DNA of 63,777 nt, counting the filler, from an uncultured Methanosarcinales archaeon (GTDB lineage Archaea > Nanobdellota > Nanobdellia > Woesearchaeales > CAZKBD01): the NCBI GenBank assembly GCA_964550945.1. It is 3 parts of 3 records of this genome, joined end to end, with 100 filler letters (N's around TTAATTAATTAA, not from the genome) between each part and the next. Parts side by side here need not be neighbours in the genome. Positions count along the whole stretch, not along the records: positions 28,371 to 56,026 come from CAZKBD010000015.1; 2 more parts are not named here. One strand, 5' to 3'. The notes below the pieces were generated by a model, which was not told where the DNA came from, made no database searches, and was given only the letters and a program-made list of their open reading frames with translations. The translations under genes and the position numbers were made by a program. Shown here one piece after another: positions 38,374 through 48,629 of this stretch; positions within the stretch are counted from its first letter, which is position 1, and every line of letters begins with the position of its first letter.

Positions 38374-39333
38374 TCAGTAATTAAATCCTTTGCTCTTGAT
38401 GATTTTCCTGTCTTTAGTTATCAGCAACCCCTCAACACCATCCAAAGATTCTATCAATTCAAGGCCTTTCTCAGGCCCTAGAACAAAAACTGTCGTTGAA
38501 AGAGCATCTGCGTCTAATGCTTTATCGGTTATGATTGTAACAGAAATAAGATCAGTTGCTGAATAACCGGTTTTAGGATTGATGATATGATGGAATGACT
38601 TATTCTCATTAAAATACCTTTCATAATCGCCTGATGTTGAAACCGATTTATCAGAAAGGTCTATTATAGTTATATAATCTCCTTTATTCCTGGGATTTTC
38701 CAATGCAATCTTCCATGGCTCATCTATTTTAGAGCCAATTGCCCTCATATTGCCTCCAAGGTTTACCAAAGCGTGCTTTATCCCTTTTTTTTCAAGAACT
38801 TCAATTGCCCTATCAATTGCATAGCCTTTTGCTATCCCTCCAAGAGTTATTTTCATTCCTTTTTTGTTTAACTTTATTGTAGAGCCGTTGATTATTATTC
38901 CCTTGTAACCAATCAGAGTTGATGTTTCTTTTATTTCTTCATCTGTCGGCGCTCTTTTTAGCTCGTTAAAGCTTTCGGTGTATAAATCAAGGATTGGCTG
39001 CACAGTAATATCAAAAGCGCCATCGCTAAGACCAGAGTAATAACCCGACATATTTATCAAATAAGCCAGCTCAGGCTCTACATTCTCCAAAATACCTTCC
39101 TTATTTAAAACTCCAACTTGGCTTTCATTATTATAAATAGTCATAATATCCTCAATTCTCTTAATTTCCTCGAATGCTGCTGCAATAGACTCATTTGCTT
39201 TAGGGGTGTCTTCATCAATAACAATTATCTCAGCAGTTGTCCCCATTAGAATTTGAGATTCTTTTGTTTCAGTCAAAGGAGCGCAGCCGCTGATTAATAT
39301 CAAAAAAAGTATCGCCCATATTAGCTTTTTCAT
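38374..39333 (-). CDS. apbE: FAD:protein FMN transferase lipoprotein
   Basis: ISGC lipobox, GAFDITV, GGIAKGYA, STSGDYE, HHIINPKTG. Confidence 0.95.
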   Translation of the reverse strand: MKKLIWAILFLILISGCAPLTETKESQILMGTTAEIIVIDEDTPKANESIAAAFEEIKRIEDIMTIYNNESQVGVLNKEGILENVEPELAYLINMSGYYSGLSDGAFDITVQPILDLYTESFNELKRAPTDEEIKETSTLIGYKGIIINGSTIKLNKKGMKITLGGIAKGYAIDRAIEVLEKKGIKHALVNLGGNMRAIGSKIDEPWKIALENPRNKGDYITIIDLSDKSVSTSGDYERYFNENKSFHHIINPKTGYSATDLISVTIITDKALDADALSTTVFVLGPEKGLELIESLDGVEGLLITKDRKIIKSKGFNY

Positions 39334-39439
39334 AGGGTGTATGAAATTGGAGTTATATTAAAAACTTTTTGCCAAATGACATAATAAAACCGAAAGGTTT
39401 AAATATATCTTGTGATATCAATTAATATTAAGAGTTATC

Positions 39440-39700
39440 ATGGATATCGCCCAGTATGAATTTGAGATAAGAAGGCATGCTCTTATAAGGGCTATGCAAA
39501 GAGGAGTAACCCCCGATATGGTCGAAGCGACCCTTAAGGGAGGCAAGATAGTAAGATTTGGTAAAAATAATTTGAAATTTTATAAGGAATACAAAAGATT
39601 TACTGTAATTTGTGTTGATCAAATTATTGGAACTGTAATAAAGATTGTAACAATCGAAACCAAGGGTGCTGAGAAATCAAAGATACTAAAACATGCATAG
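39440..39700 (+). CDS. DUF4258-like putative toxin
   Basis: HALIRAMQRGVT..IVT pattern; upstream of antitoxin. Confidence 0.75.
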   Translation: MDIAQYEFEIRRHALIRAMQRGVTPDMVEATLKGGKIVRFGKNNLKFYKEYKRFTVICVDQIIGTVIKIVTIETKGAEKSKILKHA

Positions 39701-39716
39701 CATTTTTTGTATCTCT

Positions 39717-39772
39717 TAGAAATCTTTGATTTCAAAGAGATTTCTGGCACCTCCAAAAATAAATTTTTGTAG
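39717..39772 (+). repeat. Double-hairpin element, copy C
   Basis: TAGAAATC..GATTTCTG GCACC TCCAAAAAT-AA-ATTTTTG; further nested IRs back to about 39668. Confidence 0.6.
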
Positions 39773-39782
39773 GTGATTCAAA

Positions 39783-40139
39783 ATGAAAAAACTTCAAAAA
39801 TCAGAGATGTTTGACAGTGCTAATAAACGCAAAGCGTTTAAGACGTGCACAGAATGTAAAGGAGATATGAAGGAGTTATCAGCTAAAACTCCAGAAGGAT
39901 TTGAATACAAATATTTTAGATGTGATAATTGTGGAGAAGAAATTTTGGATATGAACCAATTACATAATGTTGCTGGAAAATATAGGGCTATGAAGAGGTT
40001 TAATGCAAAGATTTCCAAGTGGGGGATGAGCTTAGGATTAAGAATACCTAAAGAATTGGTGCAAAAGTATCACTTCAAGGATAATGAAGAAGTAACTATG
40101 ATTCCAGAGGAAGAAGGTATAAAGATTATACCAATATAA
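39783..40139 (+). CDS. Zn-ribbon plus AbrB/MazE antitoxin
   Basis: CTEC..CDNCGEE; KWGMSLGLRIPK. Confidence 0.85.
   Translation: MKKLQKSEMFDSANKRKAFKTCTECKGDMKELSAKTPEGFEYKYFRCDNCGEEILDMNQLHNVAGKYRAMKRFNAKISKWGMSLGLRIPKELVQKYHFKDNEEVTMIPEEEGIKIIPI
39794..39844 (+). repeat. 51-nt double-hairpin element, copy E, in frame within the antitoxin
   Basis: TCAAAAATC-AGA-GATGTTTGA CAGTGC TAATAAACGC-AAA-GCGTTTAAGAC. Confidence 0.65.
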
Positions 40140-40178
40140 AAAATGGCCGATTCTATAACAAAGACTAGGATACCATAA

Positions 40179-40258
40179 GAACACAAACGCTCCGTAGGGG
40201 CAATCGCTTTGCTTGCTTGACAAGTGGCCAACGCGAAGGTGTTCGGAGGTAATCCGAA
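40179..40258 (+). ncRNA. Candidate structured cis-regulatory leader
   Basis: GAACAC/GTGTTC stem enclosing two hairpins; overlapping TTCGGA/TCCGAA hairpin covers the GGAGGT RBS. Confidence 0.35.
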
Positions 40259-40566
40259 TGAGAAAAAGGTGGAAAAGAAAGAGCGGCTATACTACGCCAG
40301 ACTTAACTATTTCTAGGAAAGATTTAATCAAATTCGATCTTTTTGTGAATCCTTTTTATGATGATTGGTGGGATTACAGAGACGGATTTAGAGATTTTAT
40401 TAGTGATTTTAAAAAAATAAAAAAGATTCATAAAGCCAGAGGCAAACATATTAGTGAAGAAATAATCAACAAAAGGATACGTATGAATCTAAAGCAGAAA
40501 AGACTCTTAAAAAGGAGGCAAAGCAAAAAGATTATGCAGAAATTGCGGGGGCTCTGGGTAAAATAA
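40258..40566 (+). CDS. Highly basic hypothetical protein
   Basis: GGAGGT RBS; K/R-rich with PFYDDWWDYRDG core. Confidence 0.6.
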   Translation: MRKRWKRKSGYTTPDLTISRKDLIKFDLFVNPFYDDWWDYRDGFRDFISDFKKIKKIHKARGKHISEEIINKRIRMNLKQKRLLKRRQSKKIMQKLRGLWVK

Positions 40567-40660
40567 ACCTTCTTGGACAGCAGAATCGGATTTGTCAATA
40601 CCATGAACTTATTTATTAAATCCGGTTTTTGTGGAAAAATAAAGAAAAAGTAAATAAAAT

Positions 40661-41320
40661 TTATTTCTCAACCAGGTGTAGTGGTCCAACATAAGTTGGA
40701 GGAGTAAATTCTTCTATTTTCATTGCAAAGGATAATACCCTCTCGTACGGTGGGTCATTCTCATGTGGATGACACGTACTACTATCTGGACCATTCTGGT
40801 AACTCTTAGTAGGAACATTGTATCCTACTTCTCCAATACTTCTATAAAACAACTGGTCTGGCCCATAAAATATTGTATAAGGATTCCCAATAGATGCATA
40901 TTTTTCACCAGAACACCCTTCTTCAGTATAATAAAAGTCCCAATCCATTTGAGAATTGTAATCATGTTCATTCTGACCATTATAACTATAATGAAGAAAT
41001 AAATTTAACTTAGGATCATATACTCTCATAATAATATTATCTTCATTTGTTAACATAGTTGTATAGTCAATCAAATACCCCACGTCTTCTCCATTTGCAT
41101 CTACAACCATCAACCTTTTTCCTCCAGAACCAATAGAATCTACCCTTTCTACTAAATTATTAACCTGCTCCTGTAAATTCTCTATCGCTTGCCATATCAA
41201 TTGAAATGGTTTTCCATATTCGTTTACATCGTCTTTTTCCGCAATGGCAAAGATCGAAAACGCCAAAAGAAATACACCTATACACGCTAAAAATATAGTC
41301 ATCTTTTTCATTTTTACCAA
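40661..41320 (-). CDS. Secreted hypothetical protein
   Basis: Signal peptide, short coiled coil, VVDANGEDVGYL. Confidence 0.7.
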   Translation of the reverse strand: MVKMKKMTIFLACIGVFLLAFSIFAIAEKDDVNEYGKPFQLIWQAIENLQEQVNNLVERVDSIGSGGKRLMVVDANGEDVGYLIDYTTMLTNEDNIIMRVYDPKLNLFLHYSYNGQNEHDYNSQMDWDFYYTEEGCSGEKYASIGNPYTIFYGPDQLFYRSIGEVGYNVPTKSYQNGPDSSTCHPHENDPPYERVLSFAMKIEEFTPPTYVGPLHLVEK

Positions 41321-41530
41321 CCCCCCACTTTAAAATATGATGTTATGGTTATATCCAAGTCGTATTATCAACTTTATATATAAATTTTTATGTTCTCTAG
41401 TATAGGGGAGGTATAAAACAACCATATTCCTCTTTATTGACCAGCACCGTAAAAAGGCGTAATAAGAAATAAGTTCTTCAATTTTATCATAAACTTAGGG
41501 ATTCATAAAATAAACTTATGCATACACCTA

Positions 41531-42367
41531 CTAACCAAGCCCTTTCCACAGCTTCCTAGCTCTCTCCAATCTTTCAAAATTGCCAGTATCAAACCACTGC
41601 CCTTGAAAAGGAAATCCTCTTAATCTTCCCATCTGAGCCAGCTTTGGAAAGATATCTTTCTCAAACATGCAAAACCCTTCTGGAATCATATCAATAACTT
41701 CTGGCTCCAATATATAAAACCCAGAATTTATCAGATTAGAAGGAGCATCTTCCTTTTTTGGCTTCTCTACAAACTCCAAAATCCTGGATCCTTCAAGCCT
41801 TGCAACACCATATTGAGTGGGGTCATTTACTGTTGTCAATGCGATTGTTATTAGCGCATCCTTTCTTTTATGAAGCCTGTACATCCTCGGTATGTTGATG
41901 TCCTTAAGCTCATCGCCATTTGAAACAATGAAGCTCTCTTTTAGCTCGTCTTTTATCAGCCTTAACGGGCCGGCAGTTCCTAATGCCTCTTCCTCTTCAA
42001 TGTATCTGATGTTCATCCCAAATTTAGAGCCATCGCCAAAAAAATCTTTTATCTTATCTTTCAGGTAGCCAATCGCCAAATAACAATCCCTGATGCCATA
42101 TTTCTTCAATAAATCAAATAAATGCTCTGTTACTGTTCTTCCTTGGATATCGATCAGCGCTTTAGGGATTTTGTCAGTCAATGGCCTTAATCTGGTTCCT
42201 TTTCCTCCTGCAAGTATGACTGCTTTTTGCGGGACACCAAAACCAAGAGCATCCTTTAATATATTCTCAATCTCCTGGGATCTATTTTTGATTGTTTCGC
42301 CATTTACCCTTTTGTCAATATCCTCAATAAGCTCTTTTTCTAAAGTTATTGTAATTCGCTCCTTCAT
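41531..42367 (-). CDS. Sugar-phosphate nucleotidyltransferase with N-terminal ribbon-helix-helix
   Basis: RITITLEKELIEDID..NRSQEIE RHH; LAGGKGTRLRPLT, FVEKP, WFDTG. Confidence 0.88.
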   Translation of the reverse strand: MKERITITLEKELIEDIDKRVNGETIKNRSQEIENILKDALGFGVPQKAVILAGGKGTRLRPLTDKIPKALIDIQGRTVTEHLFDLLKKYGIRDCYLAIGYLKDKIKDFFGDGSKFGMNIRYIEEEEALGTAGPLRLIKDELKESFIVSNGDELKDINIPRMYRLHKRKDALITIALTTVNDPTQYGVARLEGSRILEFVEKPKKEDAPSNLINSGFYILEPEVIDMIPEGFCMFEKDIFPKLAQMGRLRGFPFQGQWFDTGNFERLERARKLWKGLG

Positions 42368-42481
42368 TAACCAACCCAGAAATATGCTGGTATTTAAATC
42401 TTTTGTTTTTTATATGATAAAGTATGATAGATAGAAAAGTTTATATATAAGTTGTTTTCTAATCAAATCTGAGGGGTGCAA

Positions 42482-43534
42482 ATGGCAAAAACAGGTGAAA
42501 AGAATAAGCAGATAGCAGTATTAACTGGAGGAGGAGATGCTCCTGGATTAAATGCTGTCATTAGGGGAATTACTATAAAGGCAAAAAGCCTTGGCTATGA
42601 TGTTCTAGGAATTTTAGATGGCTGGAAAGGGCTGCTTGAAAAAGGAAAAAACCTCACTCTTGACCTTGATAGTGTTGAAGATATCCACATGCTAGGCGGC
42701 ACAATATTGCACACTTCCAGAACAAATCCTTATAAAGTGGAAAATGGGCCAGCTAAAGTTAAAGAAAACCTGAAAAAATTAAATTGCGAATACCTGATAG
42801 CGATTGGCGGGGAAGACACATTGGGTGTTGCAGCTAAATTATCCAAAGAAGGGATTAACATAATAGGTGTTCCAAAAACAATTGATAATGACCTAAACGA
42901 AACTGATTACACATTCGGGTTTAACACAGCAATCACAAGAGCAACAGAAGCGATTCAAAACCTGCATACAACTGCTAAGTCTCATCATAGGATCTTAATT
43001 GTAGAAGTGATGGGAAGGCATGCTGGATGGATGACTTTGGAGGCAGGAATAGCCGGAGGAGCCTCAATTATCCTGATTCCAGAAGTGGAATTTGACATTG
43101 AGGATATAGTCAAGATCATAAAAAACAGGGAAAAGAAAAATAAATATTATGCTATCATTGCAGCTTCTGAAGGAGCTAAGCTAAAAGGCATAGAGCTTTA
43201 CAAGGATGCAAAAGAAGATTCTTTTGGCCATAAGATTCTTGGCGGGATTGGAGAAATATTAGCAAGAGAGCTTGAGAAAAGGACAGGAAAAGAATGCAGG
43301 CATGTTGTATTGGGCCATTTGCAGAGAGCAGGAGAGCCAACTGTTTTTGACAGGGTCTTAGGAACAAGGCTTGGCATTAAAGCTGCAGAGATGGTAGCCC
43401 AAGGAGAATTTGGAAAGATGGCTGCATTGAAAGGAACTGAAATAGTTGCAGTGCCTATTGAAAAAGCAGTTGGAAAATTAAAAACCGTCCCAAAGCAAAG
43501 ATATGAAGAAGCAAGATTATTTTTTGATTTATAA
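42482..43534 (+). CDS. pfkA: PfkA-family phosphofructokinase, probably PPi-dependent
   Basis: TGGGDAPGLN, GGEDT, PKTIDND, EVMGR. Confidence 0.93.
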   Translation: MAKTGEKNKQIAVLTGGGDAPGLNAVIRGITIKAKSLGYDVLGILDGWKGLLEKGKNLTLDLDSVEDIHMLGGTILHTSRTNPYKVENGPAKVKENLKKLNCEYLIAIGGEDTLGVAAKLSKEGINIIGVPKTIDNDLNETDYTFGFNTAITRATEAIQNLHTTAKSHHRILIVEVMGRHAGWMTLEAGIAGGASIILIPEVEFDIEDIVKIIKNREKKNKYYAIIAASEGAKLKGIELYKDAKEDSFGHKILGGIGEILARELEKRTGKECRHVVLGHLQRAGEPTVFDRVLGTRLGIKAAEMVAQGEFGKMAALKGTEIVAVPIEKAVGKLKTVPKQRYEEARLFFDL

Positions 43535-43560
43535 GCCTAAAGGGGGGGATAAAAATAGCA

Positions 43561-44688
43561 TTGAATCCATTGCCTAGTAACCTAGTGTTTAACGCCTTAA
43601 AGGATAAAGGTTGCATAATACTTGCCTGCAATCCAAGGATTATACCGGGTGTTGCAAAAGGCATATTCAGGGCGGCTAAAGATTTAGATGCGCCTGTTAT
43701 TATGGAACTTGCAAGAACAGAATGCAACCATAAAGTTGGCTATACTGGCTTAACGCCAGCCACATTTTCTAAGTTTCTAAAACAAGCTAACGAAGAAGTA
43801 AAGCATGATGTCTGGATATTGCATGCAGACCATATACAGATAAAAGAAGGAACGCTGAATGAATTAAACGAAGTTAAAGAATTAATCATAGCTCAAATCC
43901 AGGCAGGCTATACAAGCTTTGCAATTGACGCTAGCCATCTATTTAATTATGAAGGGAAAACAATAGAAGAAGAATTGAAACCAAATATAGACGCTACAAT
44001 CGAGATTGGAAGGTTTATTCAGGAAGAGATGAGGGATAAGGAATTCGGGCTAGAGGTAGAGGTAGGCGAAATTGGGAAGAAAGATGATAATGGGATGGTT
44101 TTGACAAAGCCAGAGGAAGCAGTTACATTTATAAGAAAATTAACTGAAGCAGGCGTTAATCCAAATCTAATAGCGATATCCAATGGATCTACTCACGGCA
44201 ATAAATATGATGAAAATGGAAATCTAATCCCTCAGGTAACTATAAATATAGATCAGACAAAAGCTGTTGCTAAGGCATTAAGAGACATGGGTTTTGATGT
44301 CAGGATAGCGCAGCACGGCATAACTGGAACTCCTTTAGATATAATCAGAGATAAATTTCCACATGGCGATATCCTAAAAGGAAATGTTGCTACATTATTC
44401 CAGAATATTGTTTTTGATGCATTGCAAAAACACCAGCCAGATTTATACAAAGAGATATTTGACTGGGTATTAGCAAACAAGCCAATACCAGGAAAAAAAC
44501 CAGAAGAGGTATTTGGCAAAAACAGCAAACATGCTCTTAAGGTGTTCTTTGATAAGATCTATTCAATGAGTGATGAATGCAAAGAAGAGGTTGAAGAAAA
44601 TTCATACAAAGCAGCCGCAGACCATATTAAAGCGTTTAGGTCAGAGGGCTCTGCTTCAATTGTAAGAAAAAAATTAAAAGGTGATTAA
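43561..44688 (+). CDS. fba: Class II fructose-bisphosphate aldolase
   Basis: HADH, IDASH, EVEVGEIG, GSTHG, AQHGITG; TTG start. Confidence 0.9.
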   Translation: MNPLPSNLVFNALKDKGCIILACNPRIIPGVAKGIFRAAKDLDAPVIMELARTECNHKVGYTGLTPATFSKFLKQANEEVKHDVWILHADHIQIKEGTLNELNEVKELIIAQIQAGYTSFAIDASHLFNYEGKTIEEELKPNIDATIEIGRFIQEEMRDKEFGLEVEVGEIGKKDDNGMVLTKPEEAVTFIRKLTEAGVNPNLIAISNGSTHGNKYDENGNLIPQVTINIDQTKAVAKALRDMGFDVRIAQHGITGTPLDIIRDKFPHGDILKGNVATLFQNIVFDALQKHQPDLYKEIFDWVLANKPIPGKKPEEVFGKNSKHALKVFFDKIYSMSDECKEEVEENSYKAAADHIKAFRSEGSASIVRKKLKGD

Positions 44689-45762
44689 ATGTCCAAAATA
44701 AAAGTTGGAGTGATGGGTGTTGGCACAATAGGAAAAAGGGTTGCAGACGCTGTAAGATTGCAGGATGATATGGAGCTTGTTGGCGCAACTGTGCGAAGCT
44801 ATAACTACCGAGCCATTGCAGCAGCCCAAAAAAACATCCCTTTATTTGTAGTTGAAGACAGCAAAGAGAATTTTACAAAAAATGGTATTCCTATCGAAGG
44901 AGGTATACATGATTTGCTAGAAAATGTTGATATTATGGTTGACTGTGCTCCAAAAAAGATTGGGGCAGCCCACAAGGAACAATATTATATCCCTAAAAAA
45001 ATCAAAGCTATTTTCCAAGGCGGAGAGAAGGCAAAAACAGCAGAGTGCAGCTTTGTCGCGCAATGCAACTATAAGGAAGCTGTAAACAAGGATTACATAA
45101 GGGTTGTAAGCTGCAACACAACCGGGCTTGTAAGAACTTTAAATGAAGTCAATAAGAAGTTCGGCATTAAAGAAGCATATGCAACAATGATAAGGAGAGG
45201 AGCAGATCCATGGGATATTCGCCATGGCCCGATAAATGCTGTTGTTCCTGTGCTGGAGCTTCCAAGCCACCATGGGCCGGATGTGCAGACAGTTCTTCAT
45301 GGATTAGGCATTTTTACAACTGCCTTAAGCGTGAGCTCAACATTAATGCACCTGCACACACTAACTGTTGAATGCAAGAAAAAGCCCAATGTTGAAGAAG
45401 CTATCGAGGCCTTTAGAAATACAACTAGAGTAAGGGTTGTTGATAACGCCTCTATGGTCAGGTCAACTGCCGAAATAATGGAATATGCCAAAGACCTTGA
45501 CAGATACAGGGGAGATATGCCCGAAATTGTGGTTTGGAAAGAGGCAATTGGCGCGCAAAATAACAAATTACTATACATGCAGGCAGTTCATCAGGAAAGT
45601 GATGTTGTCTGCGAGAATATTGATGCAATAAGGGCAGCAATGGGATTTGAGGATGGGGAAGAGTCAATCAGAAAAACAAACAAGGCATTAGATATTGATA
45701 TTGGCAGATACGAAACAAAGTTCTTACCGCCTGCTTCTGATGATAAGGGTGGGGGGGATTAA
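44689..45762 (+). CDS. gap: Archaeal type II glyceraldehyde-3-phosphate dehydrogenase
   Basis: GTIGKRVADAV, VVSCNTTGL, SHHGPDV, HQES. Confidence 0.96.
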   Translation: MSKIKVGVMGVGTIGKRVADAVRLQDDMELVGATVRSYNYRAIAAAQKNIPLFVVEDSKENFTKNGIPIEGGIHDLLENVDIMVDCAPKKIGAAHKEQYYIPKKIKAIFQGGEKAKTAECSFVAQCNYKEAVNKDYIRVVSCNTTGLVRTLNEVNKKFGIKEAYATMIRRGADPWDIRHGPINAVVPVLELPSHHGPDVQTVLHGLGIFTTALSVSSTLMHLHTLTVECKKKPNVEEAIEAFRNTTRVRVVDNASMVRSTAEIMEYAKDLDRYRGDMPEIVVWKEAIGAQNNKLLYMQAVHQESDVVCENIDAIRAAMGFEDGEESIRKTNKALDIDIGRYETKFLPPASDDKGGGD

Positions 45763-45790
45763 ATAGACGGTATAAATAAGGGCTAGAGAT

Positions 45791-46225
45791 TTAACTCCGC
45801 TTTACTGCACGCAAACCATAATTTATTGCCTCCAAAGCACAATAGATTGTGCATGCAGTTCCAAGCCCTAACATAACTGCTAGTATAGTTTGGCTGTCCT
45901 GGAAGGGATTATTATTTGCAAGTTCATAATATGAAACTATCATCTGGTTAGTTGAGTCTACTGCTGCTTTGTATGAAGCTGCTGTCAGCTCAGGGGCCCT
46001 TGATAATTGTTCCTGGAATATTGCAGCCCTTTCGTGGGCATATTCTATATGGGAAGTGAGGAAAACATATCCTGCCGAAGTTATAAAGCCGCCAGAAATT
46101 GTGCACAACAGCCTGGATTTTATTGATTCTCTGCGCGCATATTCTCTTTCTTCTGCATCTTCATCTGCAATTTCTTCTAGTGCCGGCTTTTCTTGTTCTG
46201 GCTTTTTTTGTTTTGGCATTGTCAA
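45791..46225 (-). CDS. Two-TM hypothetical protein
   Basis: ORF with two hydrophobic segments. Confidence 0.55.
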   Translation of the reverse strand: MTMPKQKKPEQEKPALEEIADEDAEEREYARRESIKSRLLCTISGGFITSAGYVFLTSHIEYAHERAAIFQEQLSRAPELTAASYKAAVDSTNQMIVSYYELANNNPFQDSQTILAVMLGLGTACTIYCALEAINYGLRAVKRS

Positions 46226-46439
46226 ACTTATAGGTTATCCACTTAGTTTAGCTATAGTAAGATGTTGATGATTATAAACCTTTTGTTGAGTATATCACTT
46301 TAAAGTGGATAATGATATTAAGCTAGGTTGCCAATTCTTGTTAGATATATGGGAAAGATTATTAAATTAAAAGATATTCTTGTCTATACAGGGCGATTAA
46401 AAGCTATTCAGGCCCTAATCAAGATTGGAGGCAATAAAA

Positions 46440-47277
46440 ATGAAAAAATATCTAATTGCAGTTTTAGTTCTGATTATGGCAGTAGCGTTGGTGTTTGCGG
46501 CAAAGCCAAATACAACACGCAACGCAGCAACAAATGACAAATCAGACCGTTCAGTGATAATTCCAGCAAACGCAATACAAATAGAAGATAATGTTTTTAG
46601 TTTAGGGCAATCAATAGACAAAGACGGAAGAGTTGTAGAGGGTTATGCTTTTGTGCATTATTCTGACAAGAAAGGCGAAGCAAAACCTTCAGGAGGCAAG
46701 CCAGGAGCAACAAAATGCTACGGATTTCTTGCAAGCAGTGCAAAGTGGAAAACAATTGAGCCTTATATCATAGACCCTACAAATACAGACGGATTAAATG
46801 ACAGCTTTATTAGGAATAATGTTGCAAGTGATATCTATGCATGGGAGAGTGNNNNNNNNNNCTGGAAAAAATATCTTAGGAGATGAAGTTTCAGGGGTAG
46901 TTGACGGTGCTGATGAAACAAGCCCTGATAACAAAAACGAGCTTTATTTTGGAAGCATTTCTGACAGTGGTGTAATTGCGGTTACAATTGTATGGGGGAT
47001 TTTTGGAGGGCCTCCTGCTGGAAGAGAGCTGGTAGAATGGGACATGGTACTTGACCAGGCCGATTTTGATTGGACAGAAGATGCTTTGATCGAAACAAAT
47101 AAAATGGATTTCTGGAATATCGCAATTCACGAGCTTGGCCACAGCGTTGGAATGGATGACCTTTACACAACTGGATGCTCTGAAGAGACAATGTACGGCT
47201 ATGCAACTGAAGGCGAGACAAAGAAAAGAGACTTAAATACAGGGGATATTGCAGGAATCAGAAAGCTATACAGTTAA
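46440..47277 (+). CDS. Secreted matrixin-like metalloprotease, split by the N gap at 46852-46861
   Basis: Signal peptide in the 5' ORF; HELGHSVGMDD and Met-turn TMYG in the 3' ORF. Confidence 0.85.
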
Positions 47278-47297
47278 ATTATTTTTTCTTTTTTTGA

Positions 47298-48629
<1,332 letters not shown>

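Noticed and set aside
46798..46886. Apparent frameshift in the metalloprotease
   Set aside because: Coincides with a 10-N gap of uncertain true length
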